A stretch of 63,881 nucleotides of DNA, counting the filler, from Lenisia limosa (Eukaryota; Protista; Breviatea): assembly GCA_001655205.1 (NCBI GenBank). It is 12 parts of 12 records of this genome, joined end to end, with 100 filler letters (N's around TTAATTAATTAA, not from the genome) between each part and the next. Parts side by side here need not be neighbours in the genome. Positions count along the whole stretch, not along the records: positions 1 to 7,872 come from LPNZ01006695.1; positions 7,973 to 10,466 come from LPNZ01001356.1; positions 10,567 to 29,574 come from LPNZ01006284.1; 9 more parts are not named here. One strand, written 5' to 3'. Position numbers and translations under genes: made by a program. A model generated the notes under the pieces. It was given only the letters and a program-made list of their open reading frames with translations, searched no databases and was not told the origin of the DNA. This document shows, in pieces, positions 1 through 13,500 of the stretch. Numbering within the stretch: position 1 is the stretch's first letter; each line of letters starts with the position of its first letter.

Positions 1-628
1 GCATTCAAAGTGTTGTAGCTCGTGAATCAAGCCAGCTGAATATCCCAGCCGGTATGCTCTGGGTGTTTTGAGGGCTTCCCTGCTGTCCGAAAAAGACAGT
101 TACAATATCGATATTTATCGAGAGATTCGGTCATTTTTGTGACCGTAGGGAAGCCTTAGGTGTTTTATAGTGGAGGATATCATATATATTGGTCCTTGTT
201 TTATGTTTGTTCTACATCCCCTGGTTGATTATGGAGGGAAGGGGGGTGTTTTCTCAATTTTCACCCCCCCCCCCCANNNNNNNNNNNNNNNNNNNNNNNN
301 NNNNNNNNNNNNNNNNNNNNNNNNNNNNNNNNNNNNNNNNNNNNNNNNNNNNNNNNNNNNNNNNNNNNNNNNNNNNNNTGGGCTTTTTTTATTTCAGAAA
401 TGTCTAATTTTACTTCTTCATCGAAATTTCCTTTACCCCACAGGAGCCATCAGAGACCTCCTCCTTACCCCCATTGGTACCGCAGTGAAGGCCATAACGG
501 ACAGTGGTACAAGCCACGCGGTGCGGGGTGGTAGAAAATTGTTTTGGATTTTCGTTCAATTTTCTCTAAGATTGACGCATATTGAAAGTGATTTACACCA
601 AAGCTCGGAGTCTTTCAACCTGAAGTAA
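1..628 (+). CDS. 3' end of an unidentified spliced gene
   Basis: GC-richer segments at 1-51 (IQSVVARESSQLNIPA), about 444-530 (GAIRDLLLTPIGTAVKAITDSGTSHA) and 571-628 (LTHIESDLHQSSESFNLK*) bounded by GT/AG; no family recognised. Confidence 0.4.
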
Positions 629-1196
629 CGAGTAGTTAGTTATTAACAATAAAAGTAATTTGTTTCAAAGAAGGCGTCTTAGAACAATTTTCTAAGCATC
701 CGTGACATTGTTCTGAATTACCACCCTGCTTTAAATCATGACTGTGACGCCTTCGTACAGATACTTCTTCAACCTTGTTTATTCTCATTTCTCATCTCTA
801 ATATCATATTGTATGATATAATATGCTTCTTGTACCCCAAGTATTGATTAATTCCTTCCAGGTGAGCACCTGTCTGGCCTGCTCCCCCCAAAACTTCAAG
901 AACATCGAGTAGATCTGAGTGATCTCTAGTCCTTTAATGCATCGAAAATTTTTGCATTTAAAATTGTATCAGAAATGAAACGGGACAACTTCCAATTATA
1001 TTTTTCATATTATTTTTTTTTGAAGAAATTTTCTGAATAATGGGCCTTCTTGGTCCCACTTCAAATCACAAAATTCTCATTTTACTATATCACGGCTTTT
1101 GGGATAGTATGAAGGGTGTACCTCCATTCATTGATAGTGCATCATCTTTGTTTTTAGAGAATGAAAAATGGCGCCTGACAACTCCTTGTCGAAATT

Positions 1197-1318
1197 ATCT
1201 AAAATGGGCATATTCTAGCGGCTTTCTTTAGAGCTGAGATTCGCACTCGGTTCCAAAAACACTTGGAAGAGAATGTCTTCTGGAACCGAACGGAAAGCTC
1301 AATAGGCCCATTTTAGAT
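1197..1318. repeat. ~120-bp imperfect palindrome (hairpin)
   Basis: 1197-1214 ATCTAAAATGGGCATATT vs 1301-1318 (reverse complement ATCTAAAATGGGCCTATT), 17/18 match; inner GAGCT/AGCTC and CGGTTCCA/TGGAACCG arms. Confidence 0.75.
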
Positions 1319-1715
1319 TGATTCCTTCAGAGGTTTCATTTCTGTCCAGGAAAGAATCCGAAGCCTTTTGGGACCGAAGCGATGCAATTGCAACGCCCAA
1401 TCGTCGAGCACCAAGTCGTTTAGGGGGAATTCCTAAGACCGTACAGCCTGAATAGTTAGATAGGCCAGGGGAATGACGAAGGAAAGAAGAAAAGCGTTTT
1501 TTCATCAATAGACTGATCTTCATGGGGTATTCTGAAGGGGAATCTATATTCTAATCACCAAAGGAGAAAGAGAACAAGTGCTTGTCTGCTTACGTAAGCA
1601 CGTCGCTATTTTTGGTTCCTCAAGGCCATTGGACATGTTGACTCGTGTCAGCCCTAAGAAGAATCTAAATAGTTAGCGGAGCAGGGAGGCGTGGGTGAAA
1701 GGGGAATAAAGGGAT

Positions 1716-3077
1716 CTCGGACGAACGAGGTAATCATCACTTTGGATAAGAACAGGTCTGTAAGTTTTGTCTTCATTGAAAAGAGCCGGAAGGGGGAGGG
1801 GGGTTGGACTCACCATTCTGACTGTTTGACTTAAGCACGTGCCTTTTACTGGAGGGCTTCTTCTTTCTATAAGAGTGAAAAGAAGTTCCAAAGAATGAAA
1901 AGATACGGGGAAGAGAGGTCATCCGATTTTGTTTTAAACTTTTCGTTAACGTCACATTCATTCAGAAGTCCAGACATAATAAAAAAGTGTTGATCGTCAT
2001 TTGAAGATGGAGGGAGTGCACGGTGAAGTTCTCACCTTTTTGCAATGGTGCTCCTCCAATGTTGTGCATGGTGGCTCCTAAAGCATGAGAAGTGTCAACA
2101 GAGTTGTGTTGAAGAAAAAACAATGGAGCTCGGACGAACGAGGTAATCATCACTTTAAATAAGAACAGGTCTGTAAGTTTTGTCTTCATTGCTCGAAAAT
2201 GGGAAAGGGCTTGGCAGCTTACGAGATGATCACGTGCAAAAATTGGAAGCCCTTGATTTGTGGCCATTTCCTCTTGAAGATGTCCTTATTGACGTCGGCA
2301 GAAGGTAACTGGAGAGTTAAAGGGGAATCAGTTTCAGAGATCCAAGAAACAGAAAAAAAAAAATCTCGGACGAACGAGGTAATCATCACTTTGAATAAGA
2401 ACAGGTCTGTAAGTTTTGTCTTCATTGCTTGGAAAGAATAGCAGGAGAAGTACATACCTTCAAAATGGAGGAAATGGCTTCGTCCCTCAATTGAAATTGA
2501 TGGTGGCGGCTCGGTCTTAACAGGTTTCTGAAGGAGTAAAAAGAAGTTCCAAAGAATGAAAAGAGGCGAGGAAGAGAAGTCATCCGATTTTATTTTAAAC
2601 TTTTCGTTAACGTCACATTCATTCAGAAGTCCAGACATAATAAAAAAGTGTTGATCGTCATTTGAAGATGGATGGGGTGCACGGATGAAGTTCTCACCTT
2701 GGTCTACTTGGCCATGGACGGGTAATTGAAGCTTCAGTAGCAGACGTCATCTCATCTCTAAACAGTAAGTTTTGTTGAAGTTAAGGACAATAAGAGGAAA
2801 AAACAATGGAGCTCGGACGAACGAGGTAATCATCACTTTGAATAAGAACAGGTCTGTAAGTTTTGTCTTCATTGCTTGGAAAGAATAGCAGGAGAAGTAC
2901 ATACCTTCAAAATGGAGGAAAGGGCTTCGTCCCTCAATTGAAATTGATGTTGGCGGCTCGGTCTTTAACAGGTCTCTGAAGGAGTGAAAAGAAGTTCCAA
3001 AGAATGAAAAGAGACGAGGAAGAGAGGTCATCCGATTTTGTTTTAAACTTTTCGTTAACGTCACATTCATTCAGAAG
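1716..3077. repeat. Imperfect mosaic tandem array, ~400-450-bp period, 3-4 units
   Basis: Block CTCGGACGAACGAGGTAATCATCACTTT...GTCTTCATTG at about 1716, 2128, 2365 and 2812; block AAAAGAAGTTCCAAAGAATG...GTTCTCACCT at about 1877, 2538 and 2987; a third block at about 2428 and 2875. Minus-strand ORFs repeat the same peptides but shift frame between copies. Confidence 0.9.
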
Positions 3078-3783
3078 NNNNNNNNNNAATGAGAGAAGAG
3101 GCAGATCAAATGTCAGCAAACCATGATATGAAGATCTTTGGTGAAGATGCGCCAAACTTCCCATCGCAGGTTCTGAGATAATTAGAGTGATAAAAAGCAA
3201 AGGAGAGAGAGTGCAGTTAAAAATAAAATCGTCAGACCCGAAAGATGATAACCTCCAATGTCGTGTAGACGTCAGGATATGGTTATGATATCATCATTGA
3301 TGAAACAAGAAGAGTTAAGGAAGCCAAACCAACCCTGAAATTGAAGTATGTCTAACTGACATAAAGACAAAGTGTTTTCAACTCCTCAAAAGATCTTCAA
3401 ACAACCATAAATCTGGTCAGGACGGTCTGCCCTTGCTGTGCATGCACAGGGAAAATATAATACGAAGGATACAATTCGTGACTCCCCTTGTGCATCAATA
3501 ATCCTAAGATAAATGAATACCAAAAGGATTTTGCTGGTTTGCACCAGAAAACAACAAGCGCATCCTCAAGTGACAAGAAAAAATTTCATGACTCATTTGA
3601 GAAGCCTGCCAAAACCGTCATCACCATCACTCAAATGGTTGGTCTTGAAAGAGGTTTGAAAAATTTCAAAATTTGAACAAAAAGGCAAAATTTTTCGAAA
3701 TTACCTCGAAAAATATCGACAGTTCAGTTCATTCTTTTATTTCAAATTGTTTTTTCAATAAAAAACCCTCTTTCTTGTTAAAT

Positions 3784-6463
3784 ATGGAAAATCAACCTGC
3801 TAAGGGTATCAAGCTGTTCATCGGCAACCTTTCCCCCTCTTTTACCGAGGCTGAGCTTAGAGAGGTTCTCCAACCTTACGGTGCCATCCATGATGTGTAC
3901 ATTTTCACTGATAAGGCCACTGGAAGCCAAAAGGGTGAGTTATAATTTTTTTTTTGTTTTGATTTTCATCTTTCAGGCTGCTGTTTTGTCAACTTTGTGC
4001 ACCGTGAGGCCGCTGACAAGGCTATTGAAGGCCTTAACGGCATCTTCACCCTTGGAAATGTTGGTTGATCTTCTTGGCTTAGCTTTGCGCTTTCTTCAGC
4101 GTGGTGTAATCTAACTTTTTGTAGTCTACCTCTCCTATGATGGTAAAGTTCGCTGAAGGCAACGGCCCCGAGTACGCTAAGCTCTTTGTTGGCAACCTGA
4201 TTGCTTCCAGCACTGACGAGAAGGTATGCCAGATTAATCATTCTACAACATTACTATGGCTATTCTAAGGCCAAATACCTATTTTTATCACAATTCGATA
4301 TCCTTACATACTTATATCAATAATAGATCCGTGAAGCATTTGGAGCATGTGGTACCGTACGCGACATTATTACCATTCGTCGCCCTAATGGACCTCAAAA
4401 TGGTTCGAACATGATAAGTCATCATCTCATCCTAAGTTTCATTGCCATGGTAACAATGAGGGTTTCGTGTGAGTAAGCAATGGTTTCTGTCTCCGTGTCT
4501 GCTTTAATGGCGCCCCAGGTTGCAGCTTTGTCTACATGAACCACCAAGGCGAGGCCGAGCGCGCTGTCACCCAGCTTGACGGACAAGTCATTGATGGTAT
4601 CTCCGTAAGCCAAACTTCTTCGCTCCCATTAAAAACGCTTCTGTAATCAATTCACAGTTTCCCCCTTAAGACCCCCTCCTTATCCCCCGCAGGAAGGCGC
4701 CACCGAGGGTCGTCGCAACAGCGGTCTCACTGTCCGCCTTGCCGAGTCCGAGGAAGAGAAGAACAGCAGACGCAACAAGGGTGGGCAGCGTCACCATCCT
4801 TCACCCCTTTTTGCTATCGTTAAACATCTTCAAACGCTCTTCATACACAATCTCACCCCCTCCCAGGCATGCAGAACCCCATGATGGGCGGTTACATGCA
4901 ACCAGGCTACGGCGCTCCTGCTCCCTACGGTGCCCCCATGGGCGGTCCCCCTCGTGCCGCTCCCCAGTATGGCGCACCCGAGGCCAACGTCTTCGTCTTC
5001 AACCTCCCCTCCGTAGGACTTCTTCTCCCCTTTTGCTCCAACGCAGCTTCTTGCTTTGTCATATTAGCTTTGGAATGGAACTGATCATTTTGCTCTGAGA
5101 AACCCAATCATGGCGTCACTAACCCCCTAGGAGTTCACCGAGGACCAACTCCGTGCCGAGTTCTCTCCCTACGGAAACATTTCCTCCATCCGCCTCGTGA
5201 CCGACCGTGACACCGGCGTCTCCAAGGGCTACGGTTCGCACCCAGTGCCTTTACACTTCATCGGAATTTCCTTCATTTTGAACCTTTACTCCAATATTCT
5301 TCATCGAAATTTCTTTCATTTTGTACCTTACTCCCATATTCGGGGCTATCTCGTAACCCAGTCTCACTACTGCAGCTTTTGTTGCCTATGACAACTCCGC
5401 TTCCGCACAGTCTGCCATCCAGGCCAAGCACGGCTCTATGGTGGGGGTGGAGGATTTAACTAGACAAAGTACTTACTCAGACACCTGTTCCCATGTTCTT
5501 CATTTCTCTTCCAAAGACGATCTGACGATCTAGCTTGGCGATCGCGAGATCAAGGTTGAGCTCAAGAAGCCCCGCGGACAAGGCCCACCAGGACGTGGAG
5601 GCCCCATGCGCGGCGCCGGTCGCGGCGGTCCCCCTCGTCAATACCAGGTTCGTCTTGAGGCTTCCCTTCTTCTTCTTCTCTCCCTCGCTCTTGTCAATAG
5701 CATATCAACAGAAAGCCCTCCTCCAGTTTTCTCCTTTCCTTTTGACCCCTCCAGTCACCATATGCCATGCCCCAGGCCCCCCAGCCTTACTACCAGCAGC
5801 CCCAGAGCTACGCTCCCCAGGTTTGTGTTGCTCAATTATTTAACCAATGCTTCACTTTCGGTTCCAAAATAAGACAGATATAATATCGATATTTATCAAG
5901 GATTTATCGAGAATTCAGTCTTTTTGGAGGGAAAGTGAACTCTAATGTTGAGAGAGGAGACATTATCGTTTGACATACGAATCGATCCTTACCGTTTCAG
6001 GCTTACATGGGTATGCCTCAGGCCCCCCAACAACAGATGTACTACCAACAACCCGCCCAGCCCCAACAACAATACCAACAGCCTTATGAGCAACAGGTAT
6101 GGATGGCATGGGCCTTTTTTTGTAACAGAAAACATTAATAATCTTGGAAACAAAAATTCATAGGGACACCATCAAAACAAATTTAAGCTCCACTGATATT
6201 CCTCCGCGTATTCATCTTTTCTTGGATCTCACCCGTAGCCCCAGACCCAGCAGCAACCTATGCAACAACAAACCCAGCCGATGCAGCAGATGGGTCAGCA
6301 GCAGCAGCCCCAGGCCGCCATGCAGCTCCCCCAGGTTCGAATAAAAGAATATAATCAAGGGACAACATACTATCATTAACATATTATTGAGATTTTTTTT
6401 AACACAACGCAGGAGTATGCCCAGCCCCAGCAGCAATATGGCCAACAACAACAACAGTGGTGA
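3784..6463 (+). CDS. CELF/Bruno-like RNA-binding protein, 3 RRMs plus Q/P/Y-rich C-terminal tail, ~14 exons
   Basis: Spliced translation MENQPAKGIKLFIGNL...GSQKGCCFVNF (RRM1), KLFVGNL...GCSFVYM (RRM2), ANVFVFNLPSEF...TGVSKGYAFVAY (RRM3); RRM1-RRM2-linker-RRM3 layout and KGCCFV motif are typical of CELF; all junctions GT-AG; TGA at 6461. Confidence 0.88.
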
Positions 6464-7972
6464 TCTATCATGGAGAGGTTAATGTAGTATTATGTTTTTT
6501 GATTAATTGAATAAAGTTTCTTGAAGATTCCGTGAGGGGGTTGATAGAGGGGAGTTACTTTCCAAGGTTTCGGAGGTAAAGATGATGATCGAAACTGACA
6601 GCAGTTTTCGGTCAGTTTGTAAATTCGTATATATTGTAATCCTAATTTTTTTTGGATTTTTTTTTGAGAAATTGTGACTAGCAGCAGCTGTGTGTGTGTT
6701 CAACTTTTAATATAGAGGTATACTTGACCAGTTAGAGCCAGTTGAAGCGAATACAGTTGGACATCTTTGTCTTCATATTGCGCAATGGATCCTGACGAAG
6801 CCCTTAAGTTCCTTCAAGAACAATTCCATATTGGAGGACAAGGCGTTTGGGAAGTAGGACACCTTCACTTTGTTCCCCTTTAACTTCTAGGCCGAAGCCA
6901 TTGTCTTTGGTGATGGTAGAAGCATTGCTAGGAGTACACTGCTTCCTATTCAACAGGCGAATAGTCATAATTTCTACACAGCAGAGGCGGTTTGGTTTCT
7001 GAACATTAGTCGTTCCGTTTCCCATGCACAGTATCTCAAAGAGTGCAAAAGCTTAAGCCGAGTTTGTGGGGCGTTTGCAACTAGGAATAGGAAGCCTCCC
7101 TCCTGACTTCCCAGAGTCAAGTCACTTTCTCTGACCGTAAACCCGTGCTTGATCACTTCCAAGAAACCTCAAGAGTCCCGCTTACGAAGCCTAAGCCCCA
7201 GGAACCCGTTGTGTTTGCGGGAGAGCTGTTTTTTGCACATATTTGAAACACCCTTATTGATTTCATTAATTTCTATTGATTGCCATTGTCACCTTATATA
7301 GAGCTCAAGCCGAGGCTACTCCTGTAAGCAGGGTGTTCTTGACCGCAGATCCCAGGGTTATGATGGACAAAGTGCTGTGGATCTCTGAGTTATGATGAGA
7401 ATACATAGAGATACTATTTACACATACACTACGATACACGCTCTAAACATCAAAATTCTTCATTTTTGGGACTTGAAGGAAAGGCTTCAGTATTCAGCGT
7501 AATAATGTGACTCTCTCTGTAAAGTACCAGTGAACGCTATAAATGGCATGATAAGTAGACTGATCCCGATAGGTCCTGATATTGAGCTTTATCTTTTGAC
7601 AATTGTGTAAGGACTTATCGCGGTCACTTTCTACATACACAGTTTTTAACATGCTCACAAAAAAAGGGTTTATTAATCAATGGGGTTTTGACCCCTTAGA
7701 CCTTAACAGAAGTGGTTCATCATTGTTGTTGTTGGAATGAAAGCCTCTTTTTGTTTTAAAGAACGTATATTATAATCATTAACTTATCGATTATATTGAA
7801 ATGAGAAATATAAGGGTTTGTATATTCAGTAAGGAAGCTGTGTACTCAGAGTTGTAAACTTGTCAGACAGAANNNNNNNNNNNNNNNNNNNNNNNNNNNN
7901 NNNNNNNNNNNNNNNNTTAATTAATTAANNNNNNNNNNNNNNNNNNNNNNNNNNNNNNNNNNNNNNNNNNNN

Positions 7973-8232
7973 TCGAGCAGAACCAGGAGATTCAGGAGGT
8001 TATGTCCCGCTCTTATGGCGGCATGGATGACGTGTGTGATGCCGACCTCGAAGCAGGTTTGTATTCTCGAACTGAGGCGAATTGACGATCAAGAACTTGC
8101 TGATCTGGAGAATGACCCGATGTTTGAAGATGGAGGCTCATACCTTGATGACGCCCTTTCGGTTTGTTAGAAAATCGGGTTCTTTTTAACTACCCAGGCT
8201 CCTACTGTTCCGTCTCAGAACCTTCCAGCAGA
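7973..8232 (+). CDS. VPS60: ESCRT-III CHMP5/Vps60 (Snf7 family), 3' exons only
   Basis: EQNQEIQEVMSRSYGGMDDVCDADLEA|ELADLENDPMFEDGGSYLDDALS|APTVPSQNLPAE matches the CHMP5 C-terminal half; 37-nt first intron; 5' part lost at the linker; final exon uncertain. Confidence 0.82.
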
Positions 8233-9139
8233 GGTTGGTGGTTATGCCTGGTTGTATTGTTTTGCTTGCTTTTTGTTTGGCTTAATAAAGTCCACCATCT
8301 ACCTAAATGGGGTATTGAACTCCCCCCCCCCTCCCATTTGTCTGAGCTGTTCAACCGATACCTTCTTTGGTGTTGAATCCTTGGTGCATTATTTCCATTT
8401 CTCAATCATCCATTGATGCTTGCTTTTATTATTTCCATCGCTTCACATCGCTTTTCTCCTTGTTTCAAATCACGAATTTTTCCATATTTTATCCCCCCCC
8501 CCCTAGTCACAAGAAGTCGACGAATTTGGTCTNNNNNNNNNNNNNNNNNNNNNNNNNNNNNNNNNNNNNNNNNNNNATCATTTTATTTGTTTGCAAAAGA
8601 TTTTTTTTCTATGGGCATAAAAAATCAGGGAAAATTGGACCACAGAAAAAGAAAGAACGTATTGATTAAATGTCTCTTGTTACAGCTAACAATAATAAGT
8701 GTACATCGTCTTGTTTTTAGGAAATAATGATTGGAGATACGTCCAAAGCTGCCAAAAGCCTTTGAGGGCAAATGACAAGAGAATTGAACAATGATCAAAG
8801 ATCACAGAACAGAAAAAGAAATGAATGGTAACAAATACCATAGAATATACAAACATGAGATCAATTATCAAAAGTTATTATAGACTTGGAAAAACAATAT
8901 ATTGAAAATATACATGTATATATGAGTAGAAATACAGATAGCCAGTCAGACATCCAAACACGAGGAGGCACAAACACATTGTTATTTCAATGATGAGGTT
9001 TTGGTCTCAATTTAATGTACCTACTTTAAAACTCAACAAAAGCAAAGTATGAGAGAGATTTTTGCTATTTATTAATTTTAGCGCTCTCATGTATTTTAAG
9101 TATGAGCCGAATGGGCTGTATTTCAAAGTCCAGACCGAA

Positions 9140-10180
9140 AGAAATGCGGGGTGATTGAGGAGTAGATTTCATCTAGTCCTGAGAGTGTCTTTGAGGTGAC
9201 CACGAATCTTCTCATAATTCGCAACGCCTGAATCATATGAAACTATCAGTATTAGTTGGGGAAGTACATGGGCGCGTGGAATAATATCCAGGTTAAATAC
9301 ACCCGCATATACGAACATTCACAAAAACGGGTGGTTCTTCAGCACCGACCGCAACGTCATTGTCGACACAGAAGTTGTGTCAACGCCGCATTGCACGTAC
9401 CGGGCAACATCGAGACTCGTCACCAGTACGGGGCGTGATTTTGTACGGCTTTCCTGGACAAAATAAGATGAAAACAGGTAGAAGATCCTGTAATATTAAA
9501 AATTTTACGTTTTCAAAACACTTTCAGTATTAGGTAAAGGCATACTGAGGTGTTCAGCCAAAATGCAGAGGTCTTCAAAGAGGACGGCACCAGTGGAGGT
9601 TGGCTTTCGGCCCACACGACGCTGAAATAGTGATGTCAAAGATCTCCTCTTTTTTTCTCCTCTTTTTGCGCAACTAACTAATGTTGTTGATAATCTTGAG
9701 CTCAAAACTGTCGATTTTCACACTAAAAAGGGTCTTATTGAATTTTATGCCAACCTATATGCATATGTTTATTTAGAAAAAATTTCAATCTGTTACACCT
9801 TTTTCTCCTGTTGCGTACTTTACTTTGAAACATATATCATATAGTATATCATATATTATATCATATTCCTCCTAGCCTCATGATAATCCTTCATCCTTCT
9901 GGTCTCCATCTACATCCTCCCCAACGTGTCAACAAATCAACAAAACTGCAAACTGTGAATAAAAATCAAGTTCCACTCCTCATTAGTGTTCAACACGTTC
10001 CCAACAAACCTGTCCAAAGCCGCCTTTGTTGTTAGCCAAGAGGGGAAGCCATCTCCCTGACTGACCACAAGGCGACCACCGGAGTCACTGAAATGAATGA
10101 AGCACACTAGAAGCACAGAAGGCAGAAGAAGTGAGGAGAGGGCAAGATGAAGAGGATGGGAAGCACTGAAAGAAACCAAA
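9140..10180 (-). CDS. Hypothetical spliced gene
   Basis: Candidate exons SGGRLVVSQGDGFPSWLTTKAALDRFVGNVLNTNEEW, RRVGRKPTSTGAVLFEDLCILAEHL and PVLVTSLDVARYVQCGVDTTSVS; no homology recognised. Confidence 0.35.
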
Positions 10181-10315
10181 ATCCACCCATCTTACTTAAG
10201 TTCTGTTTCTCTTAGAGCCCTGATTTCCTGTCTGTTGTTTCTTTCACTGTTTTTCAAAGTTTTCCAAACAAACAAGGAAGGGGCTACCCAACCACTTCCC
10301 AACACTTTCTGCCTC

Positions 10316-10373
10316 TTCCCCGAGCCGGGCCCTTCATAAGACTTGGACTGGACACACGGTTGGACCGGAGAAC
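10316..10373. mobile_element. 58-bp miniature element, copy 1, flanked by direct repeat TCTGCCTC
   Basis: Near-identical to 20421-20477; TCTGCCTC at 10308-10315 and 10374-10381. Confidence 0.8.
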
Positions 10374-10594
10374 TCTGCCTCTGCCCCCGATCTGGTGGGA
10401 TCGCGCCGGCGGGGCCCCCTTGATGCTACATTTCCATTTGCCTGTTCTTGTTTTGATAAGAGCCCANNNNNNNNNNNNNNNNNNNNNNNNNNNNNNNNNN
10501 NNNNNNNNNNTTAATTAATTAANNNNNNNNNNNNNNNNNNNNNNNNNNNNNNNNNNNNNNNNNNNNCCCCCCCCCCCCCTCTTTATTTCTATAG

Positions 10595-13500
10595 AACCGT
10601 CTCCCTGAGGATTTGAGCCAATTTCGCCAAATGGATGCCTGTGTCAAGGTGTTTGAAGACTACAAATACAGCCAACTCACCCCCGAACAGCTTCAGGTTC
10701 GCCTAGGGTTGCAGAAGAATGCATAGAGATATCATCAGCACTTCCATCTATTACACTCGCACCCTCAAATAACGGGCTCCATGTATTTTATTTTATTTTG
10801 AACAAGAGAAATAGTATAATACATTACAAATCTAGGGAAACAAATAAGTACACTGGATATCATAAACAAATTACCATACTTCCACGCCCCGCGTTTGTTG
10901 GCATTGTTGGTCTTGTATTATTGATGATTGTTTATATGATATATGATACTCTAATAATGATTATTATTAAATACTATATGATATATAATATTATAGAGCA
11001 GCAGCATCATCAAAAGATGGTTTGAGGAAGGGGAAAATGCTATCTTCTGTTAATAAAGGGCTAAACACTGCCCTTCTCAAGCTTCTTATTATAAAAGAAA
11101 AAGAAATCCGCAAGACATTCCCCTGGTAAGCATAGAAGAGGACTTCACAAAGATGTTGTGTGGGATAGAGGTTACTATGGCTCTTCTTGGCGATAAACGC
11201 CTATAAATCAAATACTATGATGTGACTATGCTGATTAAGGAATCCATCTATGGGCAAATTCATTATACCCAGCACGCACCTTGACGCCCTCCCCCCCACA
11301 TATGACACTCTCTCAGGATATTGCCAACTTGGAGGAGACGCTCAAGCTCATTGAAAAGGATGATGTTGAAGCCGTCAAGACTATGGTGCAAGACAAGAAT
11401 GTCAGTATCTTCAAGAAGATTGATGTATGCACGGAGAAACCAAGAAACTGGCGTTTCTCTTTTGGCTTTTGACGAACCCAGGGTCTCAATGGTCTTCACG
11501 CATCTGTCAAGCACAACGCTCCCAAGTGTCTTGACTACTTCTTGAGCCTCAAGCCCAACATTAAGTCAACCAACTCAAAAACGGTTAGTTTGCTATTTTT
11601 TAAAAGATGGTACCAAAATAGACTTGGAAAGTACTGGAGCTTTTCTCTTTTTGGATAGAGGGTTCCTCATTATTATGTTACGTGGACGAGTGGATTTGAT
11701 TTACTTTTCTCATTAGTCATTTGCGACTAGTATTTTATATAATATACAACTGCTAGTATAATATTATATGATATAGCTATATCATATGTAATATATCGAT
11801 ACTATATATACTTACTTATCCTCAAAAACGGTCAGAAGTTTTACTGTCCAGTCTGAGACCCTTCTGCAAGCCGCCGTCCGTGAGGCCAACTGCAACATGG
11901 TTGACATCCTCCTTCCTATCCTCTTGGAACAGGCACCTATTGAGCCTATGAAGGTTTGCTATTATCACCATTATTATTGAACCTCTGAAGGTTTGCTATT
12001 ATCATCATTGTTAATGAACATCCTCATCCTCATCATCATTGACCTCATCGGAACGTACCCACTTTTCTAGGTTGCTGAGTCTGAAGAAGAAGCTGCTGAG
12101 ATGGAAGAAAAGGCCAAGTAAGAAGGCTTAACCTCAGCCCACAAGTGATTTGTAATATTTGGTTTTATGTCCTTTACAAAGTGAAGCTTTCACACATCGA
12201 TCCCTCAATCCCTCCCATGATGAGTGCCTTTGTACCAATGTGCATTATCGAAATGGTCATAACTCCCCCCCCCCCAGGAAAGAAGCCGCCAAATCCGAGG
12301 CAACAACAATCCCGACCCTTCTTGAGCTCTGCAACGGGCTGCTGACCGCCGGCAGTCTCGGATGCACGCATTGTATCGCGGCCCTCATTAAACATGGCGC
12401 TGACGTCAAGCACGCAAGGTCATCAACCGTGAGCACGGCTTTGTGTATAATATAGTATATGATATGTTTTGAAAGCATTGTTTTGAAGCAAGCTTGACCG
12501 TGTAGTGGGAAACAGCGCTGCATGAGGCCATTCTGGGCGACCACGTGGATGCATGCAATCTGCTCATCAAGGAGGGCGCCGAGCTGAACATCATGGATTC
12601 TGAGGTTGGGAGGCATCTTGAATAGTGTGGGTGTGGGTAACATCATTGTGCTGAATTACCATCATTTCTGAGTTATCAATATTCTTTAGTATCAGTTGTG
12701 CAAGTGGTAATTTCGGTATTTTGGACTGGGACTCTCATCACGCTGCCAGAGCCGCACCCCCCTTGCCATGGCTTGTGAACGTAACCGCTTCGAATGTGCG
12801 AAGTCTCTCCTGGAGGCTGGCGCTCGAGTCGACATTGCGAGTGGCGTGGGCGGGATATTATATGATTTGGGGTGGATGCTGGATCGGAATTTGATCGTTT
12901 TATTTTTACCCATTCGAATGACTCATCTATTTCTGCCATTGGCACTGAATTAGTTGATTTTTAAAATAATATTGACGGTTTCTGTTAGGATTTAATCATT
13001 TGATAGGATACTTACTTCCCAGTCTGGCTACCCCTTCCACTTTGCCATTCGCAATAACAGCAAGGAAATGGCATGTCTTCTCATTCAGTACGGTGCCTCC
13101 AAGCACACGCCAGATTCTCAGGTTCGCTTCTTTTGGAGAAGAAAATCACAGTTTGAGTTATCACATGAAATCGGTTGACTTACCACAGCCAGTGTATATC
13201 ATATGATATGGTATGTGAATAATTATACAAGGGGTTCAGTTCCAGTCGTTTTTATGCTCATGGGGTCATGACACTTGGGTTTACCTTGATCAAGCAATGC
13301 CAGGAACATGTGTGTTTATAGCATTCCTTTGCTGCCGACTGCATTGACTGTCTAGGGAGTAACTCCGATGACCCTCGTGAGCAAGCTCAAAAACAAGAGG
13401 GAAATGATGATGGACATCAACAAAACCCGCAAGCTTGGTTTGAGGGATAACTTCTCTTCCCCATGGTCCTCAAAAAAACACATTTTCTCGATTCGATATA

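Noticed and set aside
4290-4302. ATATCCTT as a U12-type (AT-AC) donor
   Set aside because: Lies inside an intron already bounded by canonical GT-AG sites that give an intact RRM2
6740-7760. Minus-strand gene or TE ORF between the CELF-like gene and the first linker
   Set aside because: Overlapping short ORFs in different frames, no recognisable motif or consistent splice model
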